A stretch of 32,000 bases of DNA from Bellilinea caldifistulae (GCF_001306055.1 NZ_LGHJ01000016.1:214992-246991); one strand, 5' to 3'. Shown: positions 7,075 through 16,772, numbered from the stretch's first letter. Program-made: numbers and translations. Notes: generated by a model not told the origin, from the letters alone.

Positions 7075-8922
7075 ATGTCTCAATTACAGCCTGCTTCAGT
7101 TAGAGATAACGGTACGGTGGGCGAGCGAATTGTCAATGACTTTTGTATCACATTCAGCACGGTTAACGGCTCAGGTTCGGCTACAGCCAATACAATTCTA
7201 TTGAAATCTCTCTTCCGAATGGGTATTCCGGTCAATGGCAAAAATATCTTCCCGTCCAACATTCAAGGGCTGCCGACATGGTATTCCATTCGACTGAGCA
7301 AGAAAGGCTACCTTGCTCGGGTTGAAATGGATCATCTCGTTGTGGCAATGAATCCGGCTACACTGGCTACCGAGATGAAATTCCTTTTGCCCGGCGGGGT
7401 GCTTTTCTATCCGGATGATTTCAAACTGGATCTGGAGCGGGATGATATTGTGCTTTATCCCATGCCGGTTAAACGACTGATCAAAGAGGCGGATGCCCCT
7501 CAAAACTTGCGCGATTACATGGCGAATATGGTGTATGTGGGGGTTGTGGCGCAAATGTTGGGTATTGATCTGGATGTCATCTATCAGGTGCTGGATGCTC
7601 ATTTCAAGGGGAAGAAAAAGGCGGTCGATTCAAACTGGCAGGTGATTAAAGCGGCGGCGAATTGGGCAAAAGAAAATTTAGTCAAGCGAGACCCTTATTA
7701 CGTTGAACCCATGCCGCCACTTGACGGATACATTATCACCGAGGGGAACATTGCTTCCGCTTTGGGGGCGTTATATGGCGGGGTTCAACTAACAGCCTGG
7801 TATCCCATAACGCCGGCTTCCAGTCTGGCTGAAGCGGTCATGGAATACCTGCCTTCTCTCCGAACTGACCCGGATACCGGTAAGACCACCGCGGTTGTAA
7901 TCCAGGCTGAAGATGAAATTGCCGCAATTGGTATGGCGGTGGGAGCTGGTTGGGCTGGTTTACGCGCCATGACTTCAACCTCTGGGCCGGGAATTTCGCT
8001 GATGGCGGAGTATTTGGGTCTGGCGTATTTTGCTGAGGTACCGGTTGTTGTTTGGGATGTACAACGGGTTGGACCTTCAACCGGTTTACCCACCCGCACT
8101 GCTCAGGGTGATTTGACCTTCGTAAACTTCATCAGTCATGGTGATACTGAATACATTATCCTGTTGCCGGGTAATGTTAAGGAATGCTTTGAATTTGGCT
8201 GGAAATCCTTTGATATTGCAGAGCGTCTGCAAACCCCCGTGTTGATCCTGACCGACCTTGACCTTGGAATGAATTACCATATCTCACCTCGTTTTGACTA
8301 TCCGGATCAACCGATTGATCGCGGGAAGGTGTTGTGGGAAGAGGATTTGCAGAAAATTCTGGAAAGGCTGGATGGTAAATGGGGACGTTATCTGGATGTG
8401 GATGGGGATGGGATCCCTTACAGAACAGTGCCCGGTAATCGGCATCCTGCCAGTGCCTACTTTGCACGTGGAACTGGCCATGACGAGATGACCCGTTACA
8501 GTGAAGATCCGGATGTGTGGGAACGTGGTTTAAACCGCCTGAAAAGAAAAATTCAGAATAATCGTCACCTTTTGCCTGAACCGGTGATTGAGCGGATGGA
8601 GGGTGCAAAATTTGCGATTGTTGGTTTTGGTTCAACCGATCCGGCAATTCAAGAGGCTCGTGACCTGCTGGCGGAGGCAGGTTTCCCGACGGATTATATG
8701 CGCATCCGTTCGCTACCTTTCCGGGATGAAGTATGCAGTTTCCTACACCAATACGACCGAACCTATGTAGTTGAATTAAACCGGGACGGTCAAATGAAAC
8801 AGTTGTTGACAATGAATTTTTCGGAGTGCGGTTCCAGATTAAGGCAGGTTTCTCATATTGACGGTATGCCGATCACCGCAAACTGGATTAAGGAACGTAT
8901 CTTGTCAATGGAGGGCAAATAA
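7075..8922 (+). CDS. korA: 2-oxoacid (2-oxoglutarate-type):ferredoxin oxidoreductase, fused gamma-alpha subunit
   Basis: ATG at 7075 with AAGGAG 5 nt upstream. At 615 aa it has an N-terminal gamma-like module (FSTVNGSGSATAN...NIFPSNIQG) followed by an alpha module (YPITPAS). It is followed directly by the beta subunit gene. Confidence 0.9.
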   Translation: MSQLQPASVRDNGTVGERIVNDFCITFSTVNGSGSATANTILLKSLFRMGIPVNGKNIFPSNIQGLPTWYSIRLSKKGYLARVEMDHLVVAMNPATLATEMKFLLPGGVLFYPDDFKLDLERDDIVLYPMPVKRLIKEADAPQNLRDYMANMVYVGVVAQMLGIDLDVIYQVLDAHFKGKKKAVDSNWQVIKAAANWAKENLVKRDPYYVEPMPPLDGYIITEGNIASALGALYGGVQLTAWYPITPASSLAEAVMEYLPSLRTDPDTGKTTAVVIQAEDEIAAIGMAVGAGWAGLRAMTSTSGPGISLMAEYLGLAYFAEVPVVVWDVQRVGPSTGLPTRTAQGDLTFVNFISHGDTEYIILLPGNVKECFEFGWKSFDIAERLQTPVLILTDLDLGMNYHISPRFDYPDQPIDRGKVLWEEDLQKILERLDGKWGRYLDVDGDGIPYRTVPGNRHPASAYFARGTGHDEMTRYSEDPDVWERGLNRLKRKIQNNRHLLPEPVIERMEGAKFAIVGFGSTDPAIQEARDLLAEAGFPTDYMRIRSLPFRDEVCSFLHQYDRTYVVELNRDGQMKQLLTMNFSECGSRLRQVSHIDGMPITANWIKERILSMEGK

Positions 8923-8925
8923 TCA

Positions 8926-9972
8926 ATGGCTACTCAGGCTGCTCCAAAAACGCCAGTTAATCTTGCCGGATTGAGCCGGGCAGATTACAAGGGCCACAAC
9001 AGCACATTATGTGCGGGCTGCGGACATAACTCCATCTCGAATCAAATTATTGCGGCTTTGTATGAGTTAAATGTTGTACCAGAGAATGTCGTCAAGTTTA
9101 GCGGGATTGGCTGCTCCAGTAAAAGCCCGACCTACTTCTTGAACCGTTCATTTGGTTTCAACGGCTTACACGGACGGATGCCATCGCTGGCATTAGGGGC
9201 ATTGTTCGCCGATCATACCCTTAAGGGAATTGGAATTAGTGGTGATGGCGATACTGCCAGTATCGGCATGGGACAGTTCAAACATGTGATGCGCCGCAAT
9301 CTTCCAATGGTATATGTTGTCGAAAACAATGGCGTTTATGGATTGACCAAAGGGCAGTTTTCGGCAACTGCTGAGGTTGGATTGGAATTAAAACGGCAAG
9401 GAGTGAATAAATACTTTCCGGTAGATATCTGCATGGAAGCATTGGTCAGTCGGGCTTCGTTCGTCGCCCGTTCTTTTGCTGGTGATCCAAAACAGGTCAA
9501 AGAAATCTTCAAGGCGGCTTTCAGTCACCGAGGAATCGCCGTGATAGATATCATTAGCCCATGTGTCACCTTCCATAACAAGGAAGATTCTTTCCATTCC
9601 TACACATGGGGGAAAGAACACGAGATGGCCCTTCATGATATTACCTACGTCCCCGCTCGCGATGAAATTACCATCGAAGATTTCGAAGAGGGCAGCACTC
9701 GGGAGGTAACTCTCCATGATGGTGCAACCATCGTATTGAAAAAACTTGAGCGCGACTATGACCCGACCAATATCTTTGAGGCATTGCGAGTGTTGTATGA
9801 AGCAGAGCAAAACAACTGGCTGTTGACCGGTATTTTGTACGTCAACCCCGATGCTCCAACCATATTTGATATGTATAACTTGCCGGATACACCCCTCAAC
9901 CGTTTACCGGCGGAGAAATTGCGCCCCAGTCGCGAGACCTTCGATCAAATTATGGAGCAGATGAAGTTTTAA
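8926..9972 (+). CDS. korB: 2-oxoacid:ferredoxin oxidoreductase beta subunit (TPP-binding)
   Basis: It has the CAGCGH motif and the TPP motif GDGD...ENNGVYGLT. It begins 3 nt after the korA stop. Confidence 0.9.
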   Translation: MATQAAPKTPVNLAGLSRADYKGHNSTLCAGCGHNSISNQIIAALYELNVVPENVVKFSGIGCSSKSPTYFLNRSFGFNGLHGRMPSLALGALFADHTLKGIGISGDGDTASIGMGQFKHVMRRNLPMVYVVENNGVYGLTKGQFSATAEVGLELKRQGVNKYFPVDICMEALVSRASFVARSFAGDPKQVKEIFKAAFSHRGIAVIDIISPCVTFHNKEDSFHSYTWGKEHEMALHDITYVPARDEITIEDFEEGSTREVTLHDGATIVLKKLERDYDPTNIFEALRVLYEAEQNNWLLTGILYVNPDAPTIFDMYNLPDTPLNRLPAEKLRPSRETFDQIMEQMKF

Positions 9973-9982
9973 AGTAGATCAA

Positions 9983-10831
9983 TCAACCCAATTCTACTGG
10001 GCGATTGGGGTCACGAATCCATTCGCTCCACGAGCCGGCATACAGTTTTGCGCCTTGTATGCCGGCGTATTCCATCGCTAAAAGATGGTGGCAGGATGTC
10101 ACCCCTGAACCGCAATATACGATGACCTGACTGGGAGGTGTATCTCCAAGAAGTTCTTCAAATTCTTTTCGTAACAGCTCGGCTGGTTTTAATTTTCCAG
10201 CGCGGGCCAGGTTCTTTTCGTGGAAGCGATTGATGCTTCCAGGAATATGACCTGCGACCGGGTCAAGAGGCTCAATTTCTCCGCGGTAGCGTTCGGGTGC
10301 ACGGGCATCTACCACCTTAAAGTCGGAGTTTCCGATTAGTTCAACCATTTCTAAGGTAGAGACAAATTTACCGAATTGTGGATGGGGAATGAATTTGCCT
10401 CGAGGTTTGTTTTCAACACCCTGTGCAATTGAAAAGCCGGCAACTTTCCACGCATTCCATCCACCATTAAGAACTGCAACAGAGTCGTGTCCCATCCATT
10501 TCAGCATCCACCATAAGCGTGCGGCGAAAGAACCCCCACTGGTGTCTAAGGCTACTACTTGAGAGTCATTGCTGATCCCTAAGCGTTCTAGAGTAATTGC
10601 AAAATCCGATGGTGATGGGAGAGGGTGTCTCCCAGTTTGGGGGGTTGGTGGAGCAGAGAGATCATGATCCAGATGGGCATAGACCGAACCGGGAACATGA
10701 CCACGTTGATAATCTTCAAAGCCCCATTGGGGATTAGTCAGATCAAACCGGCAATCTACAATGACCCAATGAGGGTCATGGTAGTGGGGAAACAGCTCTT
10801 CCACTTCAATCACGGTGGTATAGGGGGTCAT
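9983..10831 (-). CDS. sseA: 3-mercaptopyruvate/thiosulfate sulfurtransferase (tandem rhodanese domains)
   Basis: It has two rhodanese domains and the active-site loop CGSGVTSCH. ATG at 10831 has GAGGG 5 nt upstream; the ORF-track start at 10849 would overlap the pyk stop. Confidence 0.88.
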   Translation of the reverse strand: MTPYTTVIEVEELFPHYHDPHWVIVDCRFDLTNPQWGFEDYQRGHVPGSVYAHLDHDLSAPPTPQTGRHPLPSPSDFAITLERLGISNDSQVVALDTSGGSFAARLWWMLKWMGHDSVAVLNGGWNAWKVAGFSIAQGVENKPRGKFIPHPQFGKFVSTLEMVELIGNSDFKVVDARAPERYRGEIEPLDPVAGHIPGSINRFHEKNLARAGKLKPAELLRKEFEELLGDTPPSQVIVYCGSGVTSCHHLLAMEYAGIQGAKLYAGSWSEWIRDPNRPVELG

Positions 10832-10839
10832 TTTTACCC

Positions 10840-12300
10840 TCAGGTCCATTCACCGACGGTGTAAAGGAGTGCAAAATTGGGCGGGCGCATTGCTCCAACC
10901 GGAAATCCGCTGATCACGACGACCTGATCACCAGCGTGAATAGCGGTGGAGGAAACTAAAGCAGCCTCCACGCTGGCAATCATAGCCTCAACCGTTGAAG
11001 CAAATGGAACCAAGAAGGGTACTACACCCCAGTACAATCCCATTCGGTTGTAGGTTTGCTCTTCCGGTGTAAAAGCAAACACAGGAACATTGGGGCGGGA
11101 TTTTGACATCAGCAGAGCGGTTTTCCCGGTTTGGGTGAACACGGCAATTGCAACGACATTGCGGTCATGAGCCAATTCCTTGGCGGCGCGGGTGATGGCC
11201 AGTGCGTCATCCTGAGGTGCCTCAGCCGGGCGGGTAGAATAATGGGCATATTCGGCTGCATTGGCTTCGGCTTCGCAAATAATATTGGACATGACCTTAA
11301 CCGCTTCGAGTGGGTACGCACCGCTGGCGGTTTCTCCGGAGAGCATTACAGCATCGGTGCCGTCAAAGATCGCATTGGCGACATCAGAAGCCTCGGCGCG
11401 AGTTGGCCGCGGATTGCGAATCATCGAATCGAGCATTTGAGTGGCGGTGATGACCGGCTTTGCATGCCGATTGGCCATGTCAATAATTCGTTTTTGAATG
11501 ATTGGCACAGTGGACGGAGAGGTTTCAACGCCCAAATCTCCACGGGCGACCATCACACCATCCGCAGCATGAATGATTTCATGCAGGTTGGCAATTGCTT
11601 CGGGTCGCTCCAGCTTGGCAATGATGGGTGTGTTTGCCCGACTGGGGAGAATTTCCCGCATGGCGTTGCGAACTTCCTCGATATCCGCGGCGCGGTGAAC
11701 AAAACTGATGGCGACCCAATCCACACCATTTTTCAAGCCGAATTCGAGATCCTGACGATCTTTTTCGGTGAAGGGGGGAATACCCAGGGCAGCACCCGGT
11801 AGATTGACGCCTTTGTTGGAATACAATGTTCCGCCCAATATCACCCTGGCAACCACTGCGTCTCCCTGAACATCAGTGACCTCAAATTCAAGGTTGCCAT
11901 CATCAAGCAGAATTCGGTTGCCGGGAACAACGCCACGAGCAAGGTTCGGGACATCCAGTGGAATGAGAATCGTAGATTCGGGCAGGTCTACCAGTGATCC
12001 CAGGTTGGACACCTGAGTGAGTACAACCTGATCGCCCGCTTGAAGGGGAATTCCTTCTGCTGGTAATTTGCCAACTCGCAGTTTAGGTCCCTGTAAATCT
12101 TGAAGAATGGAAACTGGTTTGTTCAATTCTTCAGAAAGTTTTCGAATCAGGCGGATTTTTTCGAGATGTTCTTCGTGCGTGCCGTGAGAAAAATTTAAAC
12201 GGGCTACATCAATGCCGGCTTCGATCAAATGACGAAGTGTCTCTTCATTTTCACTTGCCGGTCCAATCGTAGCAACGATTTTTGTCCTGCGAAAATTCAT
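10840..12300 (-). CDS. pyk: Pyruvate kinase
   Basis: RRTKIVATIGPAS and MVARGDLGVE motifs are present over the full length. There is an ATGATG tandem start. The second ATG (12300) has better spacing from the GAGGTGA Shine-Dalgarno sequence, but 12303 is also possible. Confidence 0.95.
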   Translation of the reverse strand: MNFRRTKIVATIGPASENEETLRHLIEAGIDVARLNFSHGTHEEHLEKIRLIRKLSEELNKPVSILQDLQGPKLRVGKLPAEGIPLQAGDQVVLTQVSNLGSLVDLPESTILIPLDVPNLARGVVPGNRILLDDGNLEFEVTDVQGDAVVARVILGGTLYSNKGVNLPGAALGIPPFTEKDRQDLEFGLKNGVDWVAISFVHRAADIEEVRNAMREILPSRANTPIIAKLERPEAIANLHEIIHAADGVMVARGDLGVETSPSTVPIIQKRIIDMANRHAKPVITATQMLDSMIRNPRPTRAEASDVANAIFDGTDAVMLSGETASGAYPLEAVKVMSNIICEAEANAAEYAHYSTRPAEAPQDDALAITRAAKELAHDRNVVAIAVFTQTGKTALLMSKSRPNVPVFAFTPEEQTYNRMGLYWGVVPFLVPFASTVEAMIASVEAALVSSTAIHAGDQVVVISGFPVGAMRPPNFALLYTVGEWT

Positions 12301-12373
12301 CATTCACCTCGTAGAGGTTGTAGGTTGTCGGTATCTTGATTGTACCAAATGATGGGTGAAAGGAAGCGGTGCG

Positions 12374-12418
12374 AAAATAATTAAATCAGCACCGGCGTAG
12401 CAACGCCGGTGCTGATTT
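12374..12418 (-). terminator. Rho-independent terminator after rocD
   Basis: A perfect 16-bp stem (12383-12398 pairs with 12403-12418) with a 4-nt loop. On the minus strand it is followed by AATTATTTT. It sits between the rocD stop (12441) and the pyk start. Confidence 0.75.
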
Positions 12419-12440
12419 ACGGAATTTGGACAATCAATGA

Positions 12441-13658
12441 TCAGGGCATTGTCAGCACATCATAAATATGTGGTATTGCCCAATCAATTTCCTCGCGAGT
12501 AATGACCAGCGGTGGCGCAAAACGAATAATGTGCTGATGAGTTTCTTTGGCGAGGATACCCTTTTTTTGTAAGGCTTCACAAAACCGCCGAGCACCGCCC
12601 GCCTCTTTTTTGAGCTCCACGCCGATGAGTAAACCGCGCCCACGGACTTCCCGAATATGGGGTGAAGGAATTTCTTCAAGCCGTTCAAGGAAGTATTCAC
12701 CCATTTGGCGGGCATTTTCAATGAGGTTTTCCTCTACAATCACTTTCAAGGCTTCGCGGGCTACTGCACAGGCAAGCGGATTACCGCCAAAGGTTGAGCC
12801 GTGTTCGCCGGGTTGATACAACCCCATTATTGGTTGATCTGCGAGGACCGCCGATACAGGATAAAATCCGCCGGAGAGGGCTTTACCGATGATGACCATG
12901 TCAGGACGGACCTCTTCATGATCGCAAGCGAACAACTTGCCAGTTCGACCCAGGCCAGTTTGAATTTCATCGGCAATGAATAAAACCCGGTTTTTGCGGC
13001 AAATGTCGGCAACTTCCTTGAGGTATCCTGCTGGCGGGATGATGACCCCACCTTCCCCTTGAATCGGTTCCAGCAACATGGCAGCGGTATTGGGGGTAAT
13101 TGCTTCGACCAATGCATGCGCGTCTCCGTAGGGAACAGTCACAAAACCGGGGGTGAACGGACCAAAATCGTTTTTATAGAGAGGTTCGGTGGAACCGGAA
13201 ATAATGGAAATTGTACGACCGTGGAAGTTGCCCTCAGCCACAATGATTTCTGCCTGATAGCGAGGCACCCCTTTGACCTGATAAGCCCATTTACGGGCCA
13301 GTTTGAGGGCAGTTTCAACAGCTTCAGCGCCACTGTTCATCGGCAAAGACATCTTGTAGCCGGTTAGCTCGGAGAGTTCTTTGTAGAAAAGCGGCAGTTG
13401 ATCGTTGCGAAAAGCACGTGAAGTCAAGGTGACTTTTTGAGCCTGCTCAATGAGGGCGCGTAAGATGCGCGGGTGGACATGTCCTTGATTAAGCGCAGAG
13501 TAAGCGCTCAGACAATCGAGATAGCGATTGCCCTCAACATCCCACACCCAGACCCCTTCAGCACGGCTGATCACAACATCCAGTGGATGATAGTTGTGGG
13601 CTCCAAAAGTTTCTTCGAGTTCGATCAGTTCTTTGGTCAAGTTTTCTCTGGTCACCAT
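12441..13658 (-). CDS. rocD: Ornithine--oxo-acid aminotransferase (class III PLP aminotransferase)
   Basis: There is strong N-terminal resemblance to B. subtilis RocD as I remember it (NYHPL...[13 protein letters not shown]...LTSRAF.NDQL). ATG at 13658 is preferred over the TTG at 13670, which abuts the argF stop. Confidence 0.9.
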   Translation of the reverse strand: MVTRENLTKELIELEETFGAHNYHPLDVVISRAEGVWVWDVEGNRYLDCLSAYSALNQGHVHPRILRALIEQAQKVTLTSRAFRNDQLPLFYKELSELTGYKMSLPMNSGAEAVETALKLARKWAYQVKGVPRYQAEIIVAEGNFHGRTISIISGSTEPLYKNDFGPFTPGFVTVPYGDAHALVEAITPNTAAMLLEPIQGEGGVIIPPAGYLKEVADICRKNRVLFIADEIQTGLGRTGKLFACDHEEVRPDMVIIGKALSGGFYPVSAVLADQPIMGLYQPGEHGSTFGGNPLACAVAREALKVIVEENLIENARQMGEYFLERLEEIPSPHIREVRGRGLLIGVELKKEAGGARRFCEALQKKGILAKETHQHIIRFAPPLVITREEIDWAIPHIYDVLTMP

Positions 13659-13670
13659 AGATTCACCCAA

Positions 13671-14597
13671 TTAGTTTTCCGCCAACAATTCAACCAAAAT
13701 GGCTTTTTGCGCGTGGAGGCGGTTATGAGCCTGCGGGAACAAGCGGGAATGAGGTCCATCAGCAACCTCATCGGTAATTTCCTGTCCACGATGAGCCGGC
13801 AAGCAGTGCATCACAATGACATCTGTCCGGGCTTCCGACACAAGTTGTTGATTGACCTGATAGGGAGGAAAGACGGCTTCTCGTTTCTTGGCTTCGGCTT
13901 CCTGCCCCATGCTGGTCCAGGTGTCGGTGTAAATGACATGGGCATCTTTGACTGCCTGATGCGGGTCGCGCAAAAAAGTCAGTCGGCTGCCGCTCTCGGC
14001 CGCGAACTGTTTCGCCAGTTCAACCGCTTTGGGGACAATATCGTATCCTTCTGGACTGGCGATGGTGAAATTTGCACCCAGTTTGGCGCAAATGTGCATC
14101 AAAGAGACGGCGACATTATTTCCATCTCCAATGAAAGTAACATTCAAGCCTTTGAGAGAGCCAAATTCTTCCTGAATGGTGAGCGCGTCAGCCATTGCCT
14201 GACAAGGGTGGTTGTAATCGCTCAAACCGTTGATAACCGGGATGCTCGACCATTTTGCCAGTTCCAGCACATGCTCGTGAGCAAACACTCTGGCCATGAT
14301 AGCATCCACATAACCAGACATCACCCGAGCCACATCCGCAATGGATTCGCGCTGCCCAAGCCCAATTTCATTGGGTGACAGGTACAAAGCATCACCACCA
14401 AGATGGCGCATAGCCATATCGAAGCTTACCCGGGTGCGTAAACTGGGTTTTTGGAAAATCATTCCGAGTACTTTATTCTTGAGCAGGGGTTGGTTTCCGC
14501 CAGCCCGCCATTCTTTCTTCAGGCGGACGGCAAGATCAAGCATTCCTTGTAGTTCTGCCGGTGAGTAGTCAGAAACCGCAAGAAAATCTTTTTTCAT
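13671..14597 (-). CDS. argF: Ornithine carbamoyltransferase
   Basis: The motifs [19 protein letters not shown] and HCLPAHRG are present. ATG at 14597 has AAGGAG 5 nt upstream. Confidence 0.95.
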   Translation of the reverse strand: MKKDFLAVSDYSPAELQGMLDLAVRLKKEWRAGGNQPLLKNKVLGMIFQKPSLRTRVSFDMAMRHLGGDALYLSPNEIGLGQRESIADVARVMSGYVDAIMARVFAHEHVLELAKWSSIPVINGLSDYNHPCQAMADALTIQEEFGSLKGLNVTFIGDGNNVAVSLMHICAKLGANFTIASPEGYDIVPKAVELAKQFAAESGSRLTFLRDPHQAVKDAHVIYTDTWTSMGQEAEAKKREAVFPPYQVNQQLVSEARTDVIVMHCLPAHRGQEITDEVADGPHSRLFPQAHNRLHAQKAILVELLAEN

Positions 14598-14776
14598 ATG
14601 TGCTCCTTATTAAGTGAGTGAATTTTGGGGCATAAAGAGTATAACATACCCTAACTGTTCTACCAGTGGTCTTAAGCACTTTTGCATCGGTCTTTTGTCT
14701 TAAGTATTACCAATGGTTTGGGCTATACAAAGCCAAAGCAGCCCGTTAAAATACACCATGGAAAAGGAATCGGATA

Positions 14777-15766
14777 ATGAGAATTGAAATTTTCAACTCT
14801 GTTCAATCGTTTCGAAAGTTTGTTTGGGGAGTTCTTCTATATAACATTCTGGTAATTCTGTGGGGGGCATTCGTGCGGGCCACTGGCTCCGGTGCTGGTT
14901 GTGGAGCGCACTGGCCTTTGTGTAATGGGGAGGTCATCCCTCGTGCTCCAGCGGTTGAAACCCTCATCGAATTTACTCACCGACTTTCAAGCGGGCTGGT
15001 TGTGCTACTCATGATAATCCTGGTTGCCTCGGCCTTTCGTTTATTCCCAAAGGGTCACGTGGTGCGAAAATCCGTCATTGCTGCCGGTATTTTTACCATC
15101 ATAGAGTCGCTGATTGGGGCTGTTCTGGTCCTCAATGAACTGACTGGTCAAAATGACTCAATTCATCGGGCAATCGTGATGATGGTACATTTGATCAATA
15201 CCTTCCTGCTGGTCGCCTCCATATTACTCACTGCCCGGTGGAGTAGCGATGAGTCACCCGTGCAAATCAATTTCAATCGGGGCGGGTGGGGGATTTTAAT
15301 TGGAATTGGCCTGGCAGGAATGATTATTCTTGGAGCAAGTGGGGCGGTTACGGCATTGGGAGATACCCTGTACCCCTCCTCTTCACTGGTTGAGGGTTTT
15401 CAGCAAGATTTTGATCCCACAGCCAACATTCTGATCCGTTTGCGAATTTTTCATCCGGCAATTGCTGCATTTGTGGGTGTGTATACTATCGGGGTGTCTC
15501 TGTCCATTCGCCGAAAGTTTCCGTTCCAAAGTATCCAGCACTCAACAACTGTACTGAGTGCGGTCTATGCTTTGCAGCTTTTGCTTGGTGTGATCAATGT
15601 GATCTTGTTAGCGCCTGTATGGATGCAGATTTTGCATCTACTGGTGACCAATCTTATCTGGCTGGCCTGGCTTTGGCTGGCGGAATCATTTTTTAGCGGC
15701 CGATTTGCGCTGCAAAGCAGAAGCGACCATCCGGTCCATCAAAGCATAAGCCAACCCCTTGCCTAA
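14777..15766 (+). CDS. ctaA: Heme A synthase (COX15/CtaA family)
   Basis: It is a polytopic membrane protein with the GAGCGAHWPLCNG motif and conserved His residues in the transmembrane helices. ATG at 14777 has AAGGAA upstream. Confidence 0.85.
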   Translation: MRIEIFNSVQSFRKFVWGVLLYNILVILWGAFVRATGSGAGCGAHWPLCNGEVIPRAPAVETLIEFTHRLSSGLVVLLMIILVASAFRLFPKGHVVRKSVIAAGIFTIIESLIGAVLVLNELTGQNDSIHRAIVMMVHLINTFLLVASILLTARWSSDESPVQINFNRGGWGILIGIGLAGMIILGASGAVTALGDTLYPSSSLVEGFQQDFDPTANILIRLRIFHPAIAAFVGVYTIGVSLSIRRKFPFQSIQHSTTVLSAVYALQLLLGVINVILLAPVWMQILHLLVTNLIWLAWLWLAESFFSGRFALQSRSDHPVHQSISQPLA

Positions 15767-16528
15767 CAGTCGAATGGTCAGATAGATCAACTTATTTTCT
15801 AAACCAGGAAGGATAAGATATTTGCGGTTGGCAACTCCGCTTAAGATTTCACGGGCAACCTGATCGGGATGGATGATTCCGCCACTGCTTGCAAGCATTT
15901 TGGTAATCTGTGGTTTATACTGATTCTCATACGCCAATTGGGGGGTATCCGTATCGGGCGGATACACCAGTGCGACCTGAATGCCCTGCGGTTTTAATTC
16001 CATTCTCAACGCATCCGATAAACCCGTTACCGCATGTTTTGAAGCCCCATAAGCCGTATAACCATATATATTCAAGTAACCCACGATGGAAGAGATGTTG
16101 ACGATAATGCCATCCTTTGCGGCTAGCATAGGCGGAAGAACTGCGCGAATAGCATTGACTGTTCCAAAGTAGTTGATTTGCATCATCTGGTGGAAAATCT
16201 CTTCTTCCAAATCCCAAAATTCTCCAGGATGAGCGACACCAGCGGAATTGATTAAGATATCCACCTTCTTCCATCGGGAGATCAACAGAGAGAGAGCATT
16301 GTTCAAATTGAGCGAATTGGAAACATCTGCCGAAATGCTGGAAATTTCCACATTTGGGGAGGGGCGAAAGCCTTCCAAATGGGATACGGCTTTTTGAAGG
16401 TTATCGGGGTTTCGAGCCAGGATACAAACGTTGGCTCGATTTTGAACAAATAATTTTGCCAGCGCCAATCCGATCCCGCTTGAACCGCCGGTAATTAAGA
16501 CTTTCTTATTTTGGTAAAAGTCCACCAT
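15686..16528 (-). CDS. Classical SDR oxidoreductase, 3-ketodihydrosphingosine reductase (KDSR)-like subgroup
   Basis: TGGSSGIG and YGASK motifs are present, and the block GYTAYGASKHAV.GL..AL.MELKP...V.LVYPPDTDTP...EN.YKP recalls the KDSR family. The start is set at ATG 16528, because the longer ORF to 16741 overlaps the FmdB gene. Confidence 0.85.
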   Translation of the reverse strand: MVDFYQNKKVLITGGSSGIGLALAKLFVQNRANVCILARNPDNLQKAVSHLEGFRPSPNVEISSISADVSNSLNLNNALSLLISRWKKVDILINSAGVAHPGEFWDLEEEIFHQMMQINYFGTVNAIRAVLPPMLAAKDGIIVNISSIVGYLNIYGYTAYGASKHAVTGLSDALRMELKPQGIQVALVYPPDTDTPQLAYENQYKPQITKMLASSGGIIHPDQVAREILSGVANRKYLILPGLENKLIYLTIRLLGKGLAYALMDRMVASALQRKSAAKK

Positions 16529-16544
16529 GGCAGGCGGTATTTGG

Positions 16545-16772
16545 TTAATTTCCACAGCAGGCACAAGAGCCGCCACTGCAAGAGGCACAGCCTGATGATG
16601 AACTGCCGGCGACGGGTTTACCTTCAGATGCAGCAAAGAAAAGCGATAAAGCCCGGCGGGTGTTTGGGCTAAAACACCTCTTGCAATGAATTGGTTCGTC
16701 AGCGTCCTTAATCGAACGAAAAGCATCAAAGCGTGAACCACAATCCTGACAGGTATACTCGTAAAGCGGCAT
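16545..16772 (-). CDS. FmdB-family zinc-ribbon protein (CxxC_CxxC_SSSS type) with a Ser/Gly/Cys-rich tail
   Basis: The MPLYEYTCQDCG...CKRC signature is present. GGAGG lies 6 nt upstream of ATG 16772. The 75-aa product ends in the tail GSSSSGCASCSGGSCACCGN. Confidence 0.85.
   Translation of the reverse strand: MPLYEYTCQDCGSRFDAFRSIKDADEPIHCKRCFSPNTRRALSLFFAASEGKPVAGSSSSGCASCSGGSCACCGN

Noticed and set aside
9973-10849. Whether the pyk-sseA pairing, where both reactions yield pyruvate, and the 10-nt convergent korB/sseA junction mean something.
   Set aside because: Compact genomes often show such junctions, and a functional link between pyruvate kinase and a sulfurtransferase is speculation without comparative data.
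11131-11802. A 223-aa plus-strand ORF antisense to pyk. The same applies to 8177-8812 and 7198-7602 (antisense to korA), 9388-9810 (korB), 20293-20670 (SDR), 21737-22120 (folC) and 590-1021 (nuoI).
   Set aside because: All are embedded in confidently identified genes on the other strand and have no recognisable motifs or ribosome-binding sites. They are shadow ORFs.
13473-14378. A 301-aa plus-strand ORF antisense to the rocD/argF junction.
   Set aside because: It lies entirely within two strongly recognisable minus-strand genes and spans their boundary. Its low-complexity, motif-free translation is typical of a shadow ORF.
14617-14634. An ARG-box-like sequence (minus strand TATGCCCCAAAATTCACT) between the likely argF promoter and its ribosome-binding site.
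   Set aside because: Only one half-site (AAAATTCA) matches well and the other half is CCCC. No second box lies at the usual 2-3 bp spacing. A single half-site is expected by chance.
14669-14704. A direct repeat of GTCTTAAG (14669-14676 and 14697-14704) upstream of ctaA.
   Set aside because: Two copies of an 8-mer in an AT-rich 179-nt region is weak evidence, and I know of no matching motif.
14713-14787. A 24-codon upstream ORF overlapping the ctaA start.
   Set aside because: It has no Shine-Dalgarno sequence and an unremarkable peptide. Nothing supports it beyond the open frame.
16529-16741. An N-terminal extension of the SDR ORF (the ORF track gives 15686-16741, 351 aa).
   Set aside because: The extension overlaps the FmdB gene in another frame and looks non-protein-like. 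The SDR Rossmann motif begins right after ATG 16528.
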